Assembly (NCBI GenBank): GCA_951406725.2
Contig: OX597817.1
Span: forward strand, 21,948,001 to 22,012,000
Reading direction: 5' to 3'
Origin: Octopus vulgaris
Taxonomy: Eukaryota
DNA length: 64,000 nt
Below the pieces are notes generated by a model. That model was not told the origin of the DNA. It made no database searches and saw nothing but the letters and a program-made list of their open reading frames with translations. Of the stretch, positions 26,980-40,999 are shown piece by piece; within the stretch, counting starts at the first letter, position 1; each line of letters starts with the position of its first letter. A program made the position numbers and the translations under genes.

Positions 26980-27215
26980 GCTGCAGACATGGTAGGCTGA
27001 AACTTCGAAGTCACTGTCAACATTCTTGTTTAAAAATAATTTGTACTCTATAAAATTATGGAGAAAAACCACAAGATTATTTGAAGATTATTTGTTTTTA
27101 TTTTAATTGCACATATATGTATGCGTGCGCCCGTGCAGGTGTAATGTACGTGTGCGCGCAAATGTGTAATATATGGCCGCGCACGCGTGTATGTATACAC
27201 ACACACACACATATG

Positions 27216-27366
27216 TAGGCGTAGGTGTAGCAGTGAGGTAGAAAGCTTGCTCCTCAACCACGTGCTTCAGTCCCACTTCATGGCACCTACCTTCAGCAAG
27301 TGTCTCATGCAGACCAAAGCCTTGTGAGTGGATTAGGTAGGTGGAAACTGAAAGAAGCTCGTCGTA
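27216..27366 (+). mobile_element. SINE family A, 5' portion, diverged
   Basis: ggcgtaggtgtagcagtgaggtag...cagtcccact...gcaagtgtc...gaccaaagccttgtgagtggatt...ggaaactgaaagaagctcgtcg. Confidence 0.75.
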
Positions 27367-27557
27367 TATATTCCTCTTGAAACACAAGTCCTAGTAAAAT
27401 GTGGCCGGAAAATATTTACAATACTTCCATTTCATAAACTATACGATCCGAATGAAATTGAGGGAAAACTTAGAGAAAAGGATTTTATTCATAAATTCAA
27501 GCCCAAGATTAATAAACAATGATAAAAAAATAATCATATTTAAAGTTTAAGTCTTAA

Positions 27558-27713
27558 CCGCAGGAGTGGCTGTGTGGTAAGTAGCTTGCTAATGAACCAC
27601 ATTGTTCCGGGTTCAGTCCCACTGCTTGGTACCTTGGGCAAGTGTCTGCTACTATAGCCTCGGGCAGACCAAAGACTTGTGAGTGGATTTGGTAGACCGA
27701 AACTGAAAGAAGC

Positions 27714-27761
<48 letters not shown>

Positions 27762-27975
27762 GTATGTATATATGTGTGTATATGTGTCTGTGTTTGTCTC
27801 CCCAATGCTGGTATGTTTATGTCCCCGTAACTTAGCGGATCCGCAAAAGAGACCGGTAGATAAGTACTTGACTCACAAAGAATAAGTCCTGGGGGTCGAT
27901 TTGGTCGACTAAAGGCGGTGCTCCAGCATGGCCGCAGTCAAATGACTGAAACAAGTAAAAGAGTAAAAGCGTAAT
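27558..27975 (+). mobile_element. SINE family A
   Basis: Head gcaggagtggctgtgtggtaagtagcttgc, CORE-like accttgggcaagtgtc, internal (TA)n, tail ggcggtgctccagcatggccgcagtcaaatgactgaaacaagtaaaagag. Confidence 0.88.
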
Positions 27976-28352
27976 AGAGTAAATCTCTAAAACGTACTGC
28001 TGTCATCCTTTCTAAAAATAAACACTAAAAAACGGTATGGCATCATTTCTAAACATAGCGAAGCAATTACTACTTTTATCTACAGGAATGTACATAAAGG
28101 ACAAAATTAAACCAGTCACCACAGTTGAGGCCAATGAACACAACGGTCACCACTACCATACGCCCCTGAAGATAGCATAATTGCAAGAAAGTATAGTAGT
28201 TCAATAAGAATGAAAAGTTAATATTTCATTCGTTCAATAAGAATAGACAATTAAAACTTCATTTCATTTCTTTTTACTATATTATATCATATCTTATATT
28301 AATATTATAAGATTATATATAAAACGTAAAAAATGGAGTTGGAATTCCTTTG

Positions 28353-28419
<67 letters not shown>

Positions 28420-28423
<4 letters not shown>

Positions 28424-28624
28424 TAATCCAAACAAGAAAGCACACAAAAACACAACAACGCGAGGACCTGGAACAAATATAGTATTATTGGACGCTCAGG
28501 AAAGAAGGAAAGAAGGAGGGTTTAACGTTTCGAGCGGAGCTCTTCGTCGGAAACATAGGAGAAGGAAAGATCCCGAGAAGGGAAGACAGAGGAAAAGAAT
28601 CGCCAACGGTACACACGAGGTCAC
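28420..28624 (-). mobile_element. (TA)n-embedded ~205-bp element (family E) carrying a hammerhead motif
   Basis: Bounded by (TA)n on both sides; homologous to 22890-23095. Confidence 0.75.
28520..28554 (-). ncRNA. Minimal type I hammerhead motif (U4C core variant)
   Basis: Minus strand gttt-CCGACGA-a-gagc-tcc-gctc-GAAA-cg-TT-aaac: stems I and II perfect, palindromic AACGTT helix III, GUU triplet. Confidence 0.7.
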
Positions 28625-28926
28625 ATATATATATATATGTGTATGTATGTATGTATGTATGTATGTATGTATGTATGTATGTATGTATGTATGTATGTAT
28701 GTATGTATGTATGCATGTATACAGAGGGAGAGAGAGGGTACAGAGAGAGGGAGAGGGAGAAAGAAACACATACACATTGGCAGAGAGCTAAGTGGGTAGG
28801 TAGGTAGGTAGGCAGGTAGGTTGGTCGGTAGGTAGCTATCCTATCCATGATCCACTAAACATTGTCATAATTCATTCAGCTGTCACTTCTTCACACGAGA
28901 GTTTGCCGCCTCCATATCAGGAAGGA

Positions 28927-28967
<41 letters not shown>

Positions 28968-29088
28968 AATAATAATAAGGGTAAATTTATTAATTAACTC
29001 GTAATTAATAATTTTACCAAGTAGTGTTCAGTATGTAAAAGGACCATTTACGGTAAATTTAAACATTACTTTATATAATTAGGGTTCA

Positions 29089-29133
<45 letters not shown>

Positions 29134-29139
29134 GCTTAA

Positions 29140-29540
29140 ACTCTTTTACTAGTTTCAGTCATTTGACTGCGGCCATGCTGGAGCACAGCCTTTTAGTCAA
29201 ACAAATTGACCCCAGGACTTATCCTTTGTAAGCCTAGTACTTATTCTGTCGTTCTCTTTTGCCGAACCGCTAAGTTACGGGAATGTAAACACACCAGGAT
29301 CGGTTGTTAAGCGATGTTAACCAATACACACACACACACTCACACACACACACACACATAAACATATACATATATACGACGAGCATCTTTGAGTTTCCGT
29401 CTACAAAATCCACTCACAAGGCTTTGGTTGACCCGAGGCCATAGTAGAAGACACTTTGCACAAGGTGCCACTGAGTAGGACTGAGCCCGGAACCATGTGG
29501 CTGGTAAGCAACCTACTTACTATACAGCCACTCCTGCGTC
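29140..29540 (-). mobile_element. SINE family A
   Basis: gtttcagtcatttgactgcggccatgctggagcac ... cagccactcctgcg. Confidence 0.88.
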
Positions 29541-29579
29541 CACAGCTATTTACATATAGCTACTTACACACAGCCACAT

Positions 29580-29670
<91 letters not shown>

Positions 29671-30009
29671 TATATACATACATACATACATACATACATA
29701 CATACATACATACATACATACATACATACACACATACATATACATATATATATAAACACACACTGTGTGTGTGTATACATACCCTCACACACAAACATAC
29801 GTAGAAAGTTCCTGATGAGTTAGAGAATACATACCTTGTTTGTTTTGACGCTGACGTGAAGTTTTTCCAACAATTGTCTTATTCTATATAAATCAAAGAC
29901 ACTGAACAATGATGTGTGTCAAACAAAAATCATTTTGAAATGACTATAATGATTTTTTAATGACGCTCAGTCATACTGTTTGTCACGCAATTCGTTAATA
30001 TACATGATA

Positions 30010-31330
30010 TGTAAATGTTATAAGCCACGGAAACACTGAAGTAGTGGCATACTTCATGCACAGTATGATAATATCCAATGACTCCTGAAGGCCAGTAGAC
30101 GGATATAAAAACCGATTATCACATTACGTGCAACGATATATATCTAAGTATGTAATTCATGTTTGTGTATCTATATACATAAATAAATTAATGTGTGTGT
30201 GTGTGTGTGTGTGTGCGTGAGTTTGATTTGTGGTGAGACTCACGTCACTCTCTGCGAGAATAGACCTGACCCTGAATGGTTATAAACCAAAGCGGTCTGA
30301 GTGAGAGAAAGAGAGTAGGCGTTAATTGCAGGAAGTCGTAAGGTGTCGTTTTGGTAGTTTGTCAGAATATCGTTTGTTGGTTCGTGTATAGTTCATGGAG
30401 AGTTTGTTGGATTGCTACGTTGTTGTTACCCTGCTTCGTAATATGTTTATCGTTACTACACGCTTATGGTGTAAACAAGTATCATCATAAATAGTGGTGG
30501 TACTACAATAACTGGTGATGAGTAACTACGTTAAAATAATTGGCGATGAGTAAGCACGATACAATAATTGGCGACGAAGATTTGAAGCTCACTCCAGTCA
30601 GTTAACAAATGTTTGTGATGCAAAATTCTTGACGATGGAAGATATAATAGCTTCTATAATCCATATTTCTTTACTACCCACAAGGGGCCAAACACAGAGG
30701 AGATAAACAAGGACAGACAGACGGATTAAGTCGATTATATCGACCCCAGAGCGTAACTGGTACTTAATTTATCGACCCCGAAAGGATGAAAGGCAAAGTC
30801 GACCTCGGCGGAATTTGAACTCAGAACGTAACGGCAAACGAAATACCGCTAACCATTTCGCTCGGCTTGCAAACGTTTCTTCTAAGTTGCCGCCATATAG
30901 CTTCTAAAATACAGTTGCAAAACGAGCAGTAAGAACAGGAACAAGAGTTCCAGTAACAACTACTTTAGCAACAGATAAAACAACAACATTTAATGGAGCT
31001 ACATCTTAAGAAGTCCGAAAGCACTATAAGTTCGTTTACGCCAGACGTCGTTTCGAACTTTATAATAGAATTCAGTTATGACCCAGAGGAGGTACAGCGT
31101 TTGCAGCGTACTTTAGAAAGTACGAAGAAATCTTCAGGAAAGAGTTCAAGTCGTGGACGAACAACGAAAATCTAACACTGATATTAAGTAAATTCTCATC
31201 GGCTGAAAAATGTTGTAGTTTCATACCACCCGAATAAACTAGTGAAATTTTGTTTCCAAGAAAGAGTCGAACTACTACCAAAAATATTCAGTGATAACAG
31301 TTCCCTATTTAACACTTGATGGGTGTGTTG
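30010..31330 (+). mobile_element. Decayed Gypsy-type LTR retrotransposon 5' fragment (LTR, PBS, gag remnant)
   Basis: Putative LTR ends ...tactACA at 30507; PBS-like TGGCGACGAAGAT at 30569-30581 (close to the complement of the tRNA-Ser(GCT) 3' end, TGGCGACGAGGAT). Downstream frameshifted gag-like text FIIEFSYDPEE/TAFAAYFRKYEEIFRKEFKSW...LILSKF...FQERVELLPKIFSDNSSLFNT resembles K02A2.6-like Gypsy gag N-termini. Left boundary uncertain. Confidence 0.7.
30657..30896 (-). mobile_element. SINE family B inserted in the gag remnant
   Basis: Full reverse-complement copy; 10-bp TSD atagcttcta at 30647-30656 and 30897-30906. Confidence 0.9.
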
Positions 31331-31515
31331 GAGTTGTTATGTGCAATGTCATTTAGGACAAATACATAAAAAAATTGAAGGAAGCCCTAAAAAAATAAGC
31401 AAGACAGAAACACGAATACGAAACATTTTTCACTGTGACGATGTATTAATGTACGCACAAAGAGTGGTAGTGCTATCTGCACTGCAGAAACAGATATTAC
31501 TTGAAATTTAATGAT

Positions 31516-31559
<44 letters not shown>

Positions 31560-31957
31560 TGTGTGTGTGTGTGTGTATGTGTGTGTGTCTTAGTGCAATA
31601 GACACAATCGTTGACTTTATAAGGTGAGATAATAAAGATATTTTTCTATACGCATTTTTTCTGATATGTATGTATGTATTTATGTATTTATGTATGTATA
31701 TATGTATATATGCATACACACTCATACAAAGGAAATGAATGACAAAATGAAATACAAAAATATAAAATCTTATCAAACAATATCCAAAATACTTTGAACG
31801 AATCTAGTCTCTGATTCGTTCATTTTAATTTCGCTAAATCTTTTCTATTCCTTCTGCACTTCTAGTTTGTTTGAACATTTATCGTCACTCGTTATGATTT
31901 ATATATGAGTACGTAAGTATGTGCACGTATATAACGTACTTATACACGCACACACAC

Positions 31958-32008
<51 letters not shown>

Positions 32009-33534
32009 CATACATACATACATACATACATACATACATACATACATACATACATACATAGATTGATAGATACATAGATAGATAGATAGATCTAATTAAG
32101 CATTATCTCCCACTTGACATCTGTATCTTTAATGCGTTGTGATTATTTCAAGGTAGATAACTCTTAACTGCATTTCGCTCACGTGTGTAAAAAGATTAAC
32201 ATGTCTGTATAAGTATCTGTGTGTGTATGAAAATGAAAGAGAGAGAGACGTTTCCAAATCGTGTCAGACAGGATTATATTATCTACACTGAAATATTCAG
32301 CCAGGCTAGAAGAACCACATTTTCATGAATTACTAATATACAATACCAGATAAAATCTCTACCGTTTTTTTCTGGAAATTAAAACAATTTGAACTGAGAC
32401 ATTTTCGACAAAAATGTGCACCCGTACTATAAGACAACCTTTAACACGTTTAAAAGAGTAAATGTTAAGATTCGTTTCCATATCCACAGCTGTGGTGGGT
32501 TTAGTATTTTCCGATCAAGAATGCTTGATTGGATAGACAAAAATATATACGCTAAATTAGTTTTATCTCAATCTCTCCCTCTCTCTTTCTTTACTTCCCC
32601 CATCTCTCTCTCTCTTGTTCGCGCTCTTCCACTCTCTTTCTTTTTTCGCACAAACACTCAGTCGCAAATGTACACACAATTCACTCGTCAGAGCTCGACA
32701 AATACAAGACGAATGCGTATACTTCTTGAATTAAGAAGAATTACAATATTGATTGACGCCAATATTCAGCTAATCAATAGCCGTCACAAGCTGCGAGCAA
32801 AGTCGTAGCTTTGTCCTGACCTCTAACATTCAGTGTTCAACCGAATTTTGACGATGATATCATTGAGTAGCAACAGAAATGTTGTTGCTGTGGTTGTTGT
32901 TATCATAATTATCATTCTTATTATTATTACTCTTTACTTTTGTAGCCATTTTTTTAATACTGTAGTTATAGTTTCATCGGATATAGTTTTGAATTTGCTT
33001 ATATAACACGTCCGAGTATTTCCTTTCTAAAATTCCTCGCTTCCTACTGTTATGTTTATTGACAGCTATCTGTGTACATGTGGGGTTTTTTTTACATGCA
33101 CAAGGCCTGAAATTCTGTGGGAGAGGTTTAGTCGATTTCAATGACGCCAGTGCGTAACACGTACTTATTTTATTGAGGATGTAATAATATTTTGTAGATA
33201 CAAAAGCACAGATCAAATGGGCGATGAGAAGTCTGAGTCAACTGGGCAACAAATATGAAACAAAACAAGGAGCTAGAAACTGATTAAAACTAGTCATTAG
33301 AAAAGGTTCTAACATTTTCTATTCTATTTCGTAAATAAATCTATGTCTGGTGAATACTATAAACACACACACACACACAGATACAGACACACACACACAC
33401 ACAAGTATATGTATATATATCACTGCCCAAATGCGCAATGTTTAAGATATGTGTGTATGATATGCATGTATGTGTTTGTGTTTGTGTGTGTCTGTGTGAA
33501 TGTGTGTGTGTGAGTGTGTGTGTGTGTATATATA

Positions 33535-33931
33535 CTCCTTACTCTTTTACTTGTTTCAGTCATTTGACTGTGGCTATGCTGGAGCACCGCCTTTAGTCGA
33601 GCAAATCGACCCTAGGACTTATTCTTTGTAAGCCTAGTACTTATTTAATCGGTCTGTTTTGCCGAACCGCTAAGTTACGGGGACGTATACACACCAGCAT
33701 CGGTTATCAAGCGATGTTGGGGGAACAAACAGAAACACAGACACACAAATATATACATACACACACATATATATATATACATATATACATAAATACGACG
33801 GGCTTCTTTCAGTTTCCGTCCACCAAATCCACTCACAAGGCTTTGGTTGTCCCGAGGCTATAGTAGAAGACACTTGCCCAAGGTGCCACGGTGCCAAGGT
33901 GCCAAGTTGAACCTACACAGCTACTCCTACG

Positions 33932-33935
<4 letters not shown>
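33535..33935 (-). mobile_element. SINE family A
   Basis: Reverse-complement copy with rearranged head (ccaaggtgccacggtgccaaggtgccaag). Confidence 0.88.
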
Positions 33936-33980
<45 letters not shown>

Positions 33981-34064
33981 CGCAGACGCACGCGCGCGCG
34001 CACAAGCATACACATACATTCACAGAAGCATATTGATATGGATAAGTGATGACGTATATGCGCC

Positions 34065-34228
34065 ATTGTGTGTGGTAAGTAGCTTGCTTACCAGCCACAT
34101 GGTTCCGGGTTCAGTCCCACTGCGTGGCATCTTGGTAAGTGTCTTCTACTATAGCCTCGGGCCGACCAATGTCTTGTGAGTGGATTTGGTAGACGGAAAC
34201 TGAAAGAAGCCCGTCGTATATATGTATG

Positions 34229-34269
<41 letters not shown>

Positions 34270-34492
34270 TTGTGTGTCTGTGTTTGTCCCCCTAGCAATG
34301 CTTGACAACCGATGCTGGTGTGTTTATGTCCCCGTCACTTAGCGGTTCAGCAAAAGAAACCGATAGAATAAGTACTGTACTGGGCTTACAAAGAATAAGT
34401 CCCGGGGTCGAGTTGCTCGACTAAAGGCGGTGCTCCAGTATGGCCGCAGTCAAATGACTGAAACACGTAAAAGAGTAAACGAGTAAAAGAGT
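34065..34492 (+). mobile_element. SINE family A
   Basis: tgtgtggtaagtagcttgcttacc ... ggtgctccagtatggccgcagtcaaatgactgaaacacgtaaaagagtaaacgagtaaaagagt. Confidence 0.9.
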
Positions 34493-35929
34493 ACGTATTT
34501 TGTCTTCCCGTCATTCTTCCAGTCGAATTTCTGCTATCTGAGCCGTATAGAGAAAGCTCAATTCAGCATCAACAGTTACACAAGTCATCAGATTTTAGAT
34601 TCCTATGAGAAGCTAATTGGTTAATTCGCTAAATGCTATTCAGTTGTTCAAAATTAACCAAAGATATTGTTAAATGGAGAACAATTACTTACTTGATAGT
34701 GGAAATCGGAATTACAATGGCTGTTACTAAAGACTTCCATACAGGTTCTGCGCAGAATATGAAATTATAATATCGCAAGCCAAGCGATGTGCATTTAATT
34801 TGTTAAATGAGGTTGGATAATCTCGATATATTATACAAATTTGGTGGGTGGTATGGTTGAAGCCGTGCGTTATAGGCATCGATTACTATGCATTTATGCA
34901 CGCATGTACGTGTCAATGACTATACTCGCGCAAAGGCAGATATTCATTATAATATATATATATATATGTATGTATATATATATGTATTACATATATGTAC
35001 TTTCACATATATACATACATATATACATAAATACATACATGCATATATATATATATTTATGTATCTATATATATATACATATTCACACACACACATATAT
35101 GTATATACATACATGTACATATATATACGCCCACATCCACACACATGTGTGTATGTACATATATGAATATATATACAAGTATGTATGTATGTATATATGT
35201 ATGTATGTACGTATGTATGTACGTATGTACGTATGTATGTATGTACGTACGTATGTATGTATGTATGTACGTATGATTGCATGTATGAATATATTTAACG
35301 TGTGAAACGCCAACTTTCCCGTTAATGCATTCTAAATAAGTACATCTTTTAAACCAACGTTGCAAATGCAATCTACATTGAGTAATTCACAACTTATTAA
35401 TGAAAAGAATGGGAAAGCGATGGCGGTTAATTTTAAATGATAATAATTTCAATTTTTAATTTACAAATATTAATTATTTTCGGTATGGAAGTCGGTGCGT
35501 ATGTGTTCCCATGCGTATATATGCATATATTTGTGTTTTTGTGTATATGTTAGTGAGAGTTTATATGTGTTTGGCAAAGTTTATTCGGGTGCTTGACTTT
35601 ATGCACACGTTGAAATACAAGTGTAGGTTGCAGTTCTAATGAAAATCGAATAACGTAATTATTATATGATCAATTTTCATTGATGAGATAAAGAAATAAA
35701 AGAAAATAGAAAAAAAATAAAAGAAAATTCAAGTAAGTATAGTTTGAGTGAAATGGGTGTGGATGAACCTACCCATAATCAATTCGTTGTCAGGTGATTG
35801 ATAGTTGGAAATAAGAGAAGTATTCTTTGAATGTTTCTGTCATTTTGAAATATTTTGGCCTCCATGTGTATTTGCAAATTAGTAAAACTTGACTAGGCTA
35901 CCATCTGTTGTTATAATACACATACGTAG

Positions 35930-36103
35930 CTGTGTCGTTACGTTCTGAGTTCAGATTCCGCCGAGGTCGACTTTGCCTTTCATCCTTTCAGGGCCGATAA
36001 ATAAAATACCAGTTTCGCACTGGGGGCGATGTAATCGACTTAATCCGTTTGTCTGTCCTTGTTTGTCCCCTCTGTGTTTAGTCCCTTGTGGGCAGTAAAG
36101 AAA
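35930..36103 (+). mobile_element. SINE family B, 5'-truncated
   Basis: cgttacgttctgagttcagattccgccgaggtcgactttgcctttcatcc ... cccttgtgggcagtaaagaaat. Confidence 0.85.
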
Positions 36104-36164
36104 TATATAATACACATACATATACATAGGTGTATGCGTGTGTCTGTCTGTGTGCGTGTGTATT

Positions 36165-36480
36165 CTTTTATTCTTGTATTTGTTTCAGTCATTTGACTGC
36201 GGCCATGCTGGAGCACCGTCTTTAGTCGAACAAATCGAACCACCCAGGACTTATTCCTTTTAAACCTAGTACTTATTCTCTCGGTCGATTTTGCCGAACT
36301 GCTAAGTTACGATGACGTAAACACGCCAACATCGGTTGTCAAGCGATGGTGGGGATACAAACACAGACACGCAAATAGATACACAAACACACACACACAC
36401 AACACACACATGCATACACACACATACATTTATATATACGACGAGCTTCTTTTAGTTTCCGTCTACAAACCTACTCACAG
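36165..36480 (-). mobile_element. SINE family A, headless copy
   Basis: tgtttcagtcatttgactgcggccatgctggagcacc ... gtttccgtctacaaacctactcacag. Confidence 0.85.
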
Positions 36481-36736
36481 GACTTTATATATACATATAT
36501 ATGACAACATTTATATGTATTTATATCCTTGATAAGAATATTTTTACCTCTACAATATGACTACAACTAGTATTATTTTATCATCTAATATAATTCCCCA
36601 GCTATGCTAGATAGCAACAACTGAACATCACATTCTTAGACTGGCCATATCCATTAAAAACAACTATATCAAATTTCAACTCGGCGGCTTGAGAATATCT
36701 AATCTGTACACAATGATAATATAGTAATGTGTGTAA

Positions 36737-37135
36737 AGGCGGCGAGCTGGCACAAACGTTAGCACGCCGGGCGAAATGCGTAGCCGTATTTCGTCTGCCG
36801 TTACGTTCTGAGTTCAAATTTCCCTGAGGTTGACTTTGCCTTTCATCCTTTCGGGGTCGATAAATTAAGTACCAGTTACGCACTGGGGTTGATGTAATCG
36901 TCTTAATCCGTTTGTCTGTCCTTGTTTGTCCTCTCTGTGTATAGCCCCTTGTGGGCAGTAAAGAAATAGGTATATCATCTCTTTTTACGCTCTGAGTTCA
37001 AATTCCACCAAGGTCGACTTCGCCTTTCATCATTTCGGGTTAGATAAATTAAGTTTCAGTTGCTTACTAGGTTCAATCCAATCAACTGGCCCCCTAACCC
37101 AAAATTTTAGGCCTTGTGCCTAGAGTAGAAAGGAA
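36737..37135 (+). mobile_element. SINE family B copy followed by a second partial B-type copy with a different tail
   Basis: Full copy 36737-36970, then ctgagttcaaattccaccaaggtcgacttcgcctttcatc ... ggccttgtgcctagagtagaaagg. Confidence 0.85.
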
Positions 37136-38241
37136 ATTAGTAATCTGTATTGACCTGACTACAAATACTAATGATTTAAGACTGCCCATCTTCCAAATTT
37201 TGGCAATACAATGCCTCTGCTTCTAGTAAGTGCGTCTTTAACCATCCCCTTATCTATTTCCACCCCTTTGTAACCTGTCTTCTGTTCCCTATTCTACTTG
37301 CATCTCTCCAACTTCTCCACCCAACACCCTTCCCCAAACAATAGTGATTCCTTCAGTGCTCTGCTTATTGCAAGCAGAAACGGCTCCAATGAAAGAAGCA
37401 TTGATTTTCTCAGGTCGTTCAAGTTCCCTTAATTGATCAATAGTATGTATCATGTATAATACCTGGTTTGGAGGAGTATGCAACGAGAAAACATTCTTTG
37501 CAATTTCGGCCTATATTGATAATGTCATTTTCTTCCTTCACGTATAAATGTGTGCGTATGTTTCTTTGTTCGTTTGTGTGTGTGTGTATGTTTGTGTGTG
37601 TGTGTGTACGTGAGAGAGTGTGAGTAGTAAGATTCTGCGTAGGCATAGTGATACTAGCAATCGACTGTCAGTACACATATACGCTTCAGAATAAAGCGTA
37701 AGGTGAATAGAAAGCGTAAAAGCTTAATTACCTTACAGCTGTTTCTGCTATAGATGTAGTACTCACAGACATGAGTGATTGTGCACAACCGTAGAGCTAT
37801 CTCGGAGCCTTTGAAACGGCATATGTATTTTGCAATGTTTGGTAAAGATCACCATCGGAACAATGTAAGTTGTATAAATTCCGAGGGATAAAAGTCCCTG
37901 TAAGCTTAAGAGATTTATTACATAATTATCCATTCTTTTGTCGTTCCTTATTTACACACGGAGAATGAAAGAAAGAAAGAAAGAAAGAGAGAGAAAAAGA
38001 CACACACACACACATACAAGCATTGACACACACACACACAAAGACACACACAAATACACATGCTTCATATACATTTCATATATAATGTGATATATGAATA
38101 TATATATTTCTTAACATATATATTGTATTATTTTAGACACATACACATGTATGTATGTATGCTTATATGTATGTATGAATATATGTATGTGTATGCATAC
38201 ATACATATCTATAAATATAAATATATATACATATATACATA

Positions 38242-38293
<52 letters not shown>

Positions 38294-38325
38294 TATATAC
38301 ATATATACATAAACATATATATATA

Positions 38326-38372
<47 letters not shown>

Positions 38373-38810
38373 TATATATTCTCACTTGATGTTTTCCGAT
38401 AATAGGTAATTAATTATATATTCAACTGTTCTGTGTAATATACTTTGAGTTTTTAATTTCTGTTCAACGTTTAATCACGTTGACAATGTCATAGCTGTGA
38501 GCAATTTCATGTTCCATAAATTATGCATTACGCACATTTGATATAACAAGCCTCCAGTTTAGACAAGATGAAAAGTTAAATCGGAAACTTACATTCGTAC
38601 GTACATACATACATACATACATACATACATACACTGTGTGTACTCTATCATACCTTATGAATTCTTTCTCAGTAGATGCTTCACCGACACACAAGTACTT
38701 CGATATTGTAGTTAAGGACAGCAATCTCATTGTGAAATGACAGTACTAATCTGTTCCAAATATTTTATGTAAAATGACGCACGCAGATGCTTACATATGT
38801 GTATAGATAA

Positions 38811-38858
<48 letters not shown>

Positions 38859-38930
38859 GTAGGTAGGTAAGTAGGTAGGTAGGTAGGTAGGTAGGTAGGT
38901 AGGTAGGTAGATAGATATATAGATAGATAA

Positions 38931-39300
38931 GTTTCTTTATTGGCCACACAGGGTTGCACACAGATGGAACAAGTTACAAGGTAGAGCTTTTCTTTTGGGG
39001 GTTGAAAAGAACAAAAAACAAAAGAAACAACAAAAAAAGGTGGCGTAGGTTTTCGATCAAAAGGGATCGTAAAAGGGGAAAAAAAGAACAAAAAATAAAA
39101 TAATTAAAAAAAAAAGGAAAAGGAACAAAAGAAAAGAGAAATGAAAAAAAGGGGAAGAGAAAAAAAAACGATCAATAGGGATCGTGTATCACAGTGTTAT
39201 GATGTATGGTGTAAAGGGGAAAGCAAGTAAGGTTTATCCGTGGGAAGAAAAGCCTACGAAAAGACCACGGTAACCTTGGTCAATATTGTTATATGTTACC
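38931..39300 (-). mobile_element. 3' end of Tx1/L1-like LINE in (GATA)n
   Basis: gtttctttattggccacacagggttgcacacagatgg...aaagcctacgaaaagaccacggtaac; GATA/GGTA repeats on both sides; homologous to 7307-7584. Confidence 0.78.
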
Positions 39301-39314
39301 ACATAGATAGATAC

Positions 39315-39375
<61 letters not shown>

Positions 39376-39552
39376 AAGGTAGGTAGGTAGGTAGGTAGGT
39401 TGGTAGTTAGTGAGGTAGGTATGTAGAAAGGTGGGTAGGTAGGTAGGGAGGTAGGTAAGTAAGTAGGTAAGTACGGACGAACGGAGAGAGAGAGACTGAC
39501 AGACAGACAAATAGGTAGACAAATAGATACATAACATATATACACACAAACA

Positions 39553-39612
<60 letters not shown>

Positions 39613-39692
39613 CTGTGTATCAATTTATCTAATTGCCTACCTATTTGTCTATCTATATGTATGTCTGTCTGTCTGTCTGTCTCTCTAAGCAT

Positions 39693-39738
<46 letters not shown>

Positions 39739-39744
39739 GTGTGT

Positions 39745-39935
39745 GTGTAAGTGTTTGTCTTGTAACACCGCTTAACAACAAGTGTTGGTTTGTTTACGTC
39801 CTCGTATCTGAGAAGCTTATCAAAAGAGAATACTAGAATAAGTACTACACCTTGATAAAAGGGCTGTTGTGACACATTCTGTTAAAATTCTTGAAGGCGA
39901 TGCTCCAGAATAGCTGCAAACATGAGTGAAACATG
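39745..39935 (+). mobile_element. SINE family A, degenerate 3' half
   Basis: ggtttgtttacgtcctcgta...agaataagtact...aaggcgatgctccagaatagctgca. Confidence 0.6.
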
Positions 39936-40232
39936 TAAATGATGTAAGATATATATGTATATACATATAGATATGCATATATTCATATAGAATCCAATAT
40001 GTTGATTTATTAAAAACTCCTTACAGATATAAAACTGTTTCACAGACCAAAGCTGATTATCAAAGGAAAAAATATGCACCGTTAAACACATAACAATATA
40101 TATCAATGCACATAAAAAGCACTAAATAGATGTATATGCACGAGTGTATGTATATATACATACATACGTATATATACATACATGTATATATATACATATA
40201 TATATTTATAAACGTGTATATAAATGTGTGTT

Positions 40233-40280
<48 letters not shown>

Positions 40281-40595
40281 CATATATACATATATATATA
40301 TATATTTATATATATGTATATATGTATATATATATATATATACATATATGTATATATATATATATTATATATATATATATGTATATATATATATACATAT
40401 ATACATATATATATATATTTATATATATATATGTATATATATATGTATATATATATATATATATATGTATAAATATATATGCAGACATGTATACATGTAT
40501 ATATATAAATATATATATGCATAAATATATATATACATGTATGTATATATATAAATGCGTGTGTATGAATACATGTGTACATAAGTATGTATCCA

Positions 40596-40629
<34 letters not shown>

Positions 40630-40999
40630 TGTATGTGTTTATGAATAGAGAGGCTGTGTTCAATTCCGTAATGCAAAAAGCGTCGAACAAAGCCAGTATT
40701 CGTTGGGTTTATTTTCAATCGATGCAATATATAACAGTTACTGTCACTCATCAATCAATTCTATCCTGACAATCTTGCTATTTTATTACCTCACATAAAA
40801 GTTGTATCTTCTGATATCTGATTAGGCAAAGTTACCGTCGTCTCTTAAACAGACTATTCGATGATCCAAATAAAAAAGTTTGCATCCGGCGGTGAGATCC
40901 GCTTAGAACTCACGTCTAATCAATTTCCATTGTATTTTTATTACAAGCACACATTACCAGCTCAGTTATTATTGTATATTAATATTCAGTTGGTAATTA

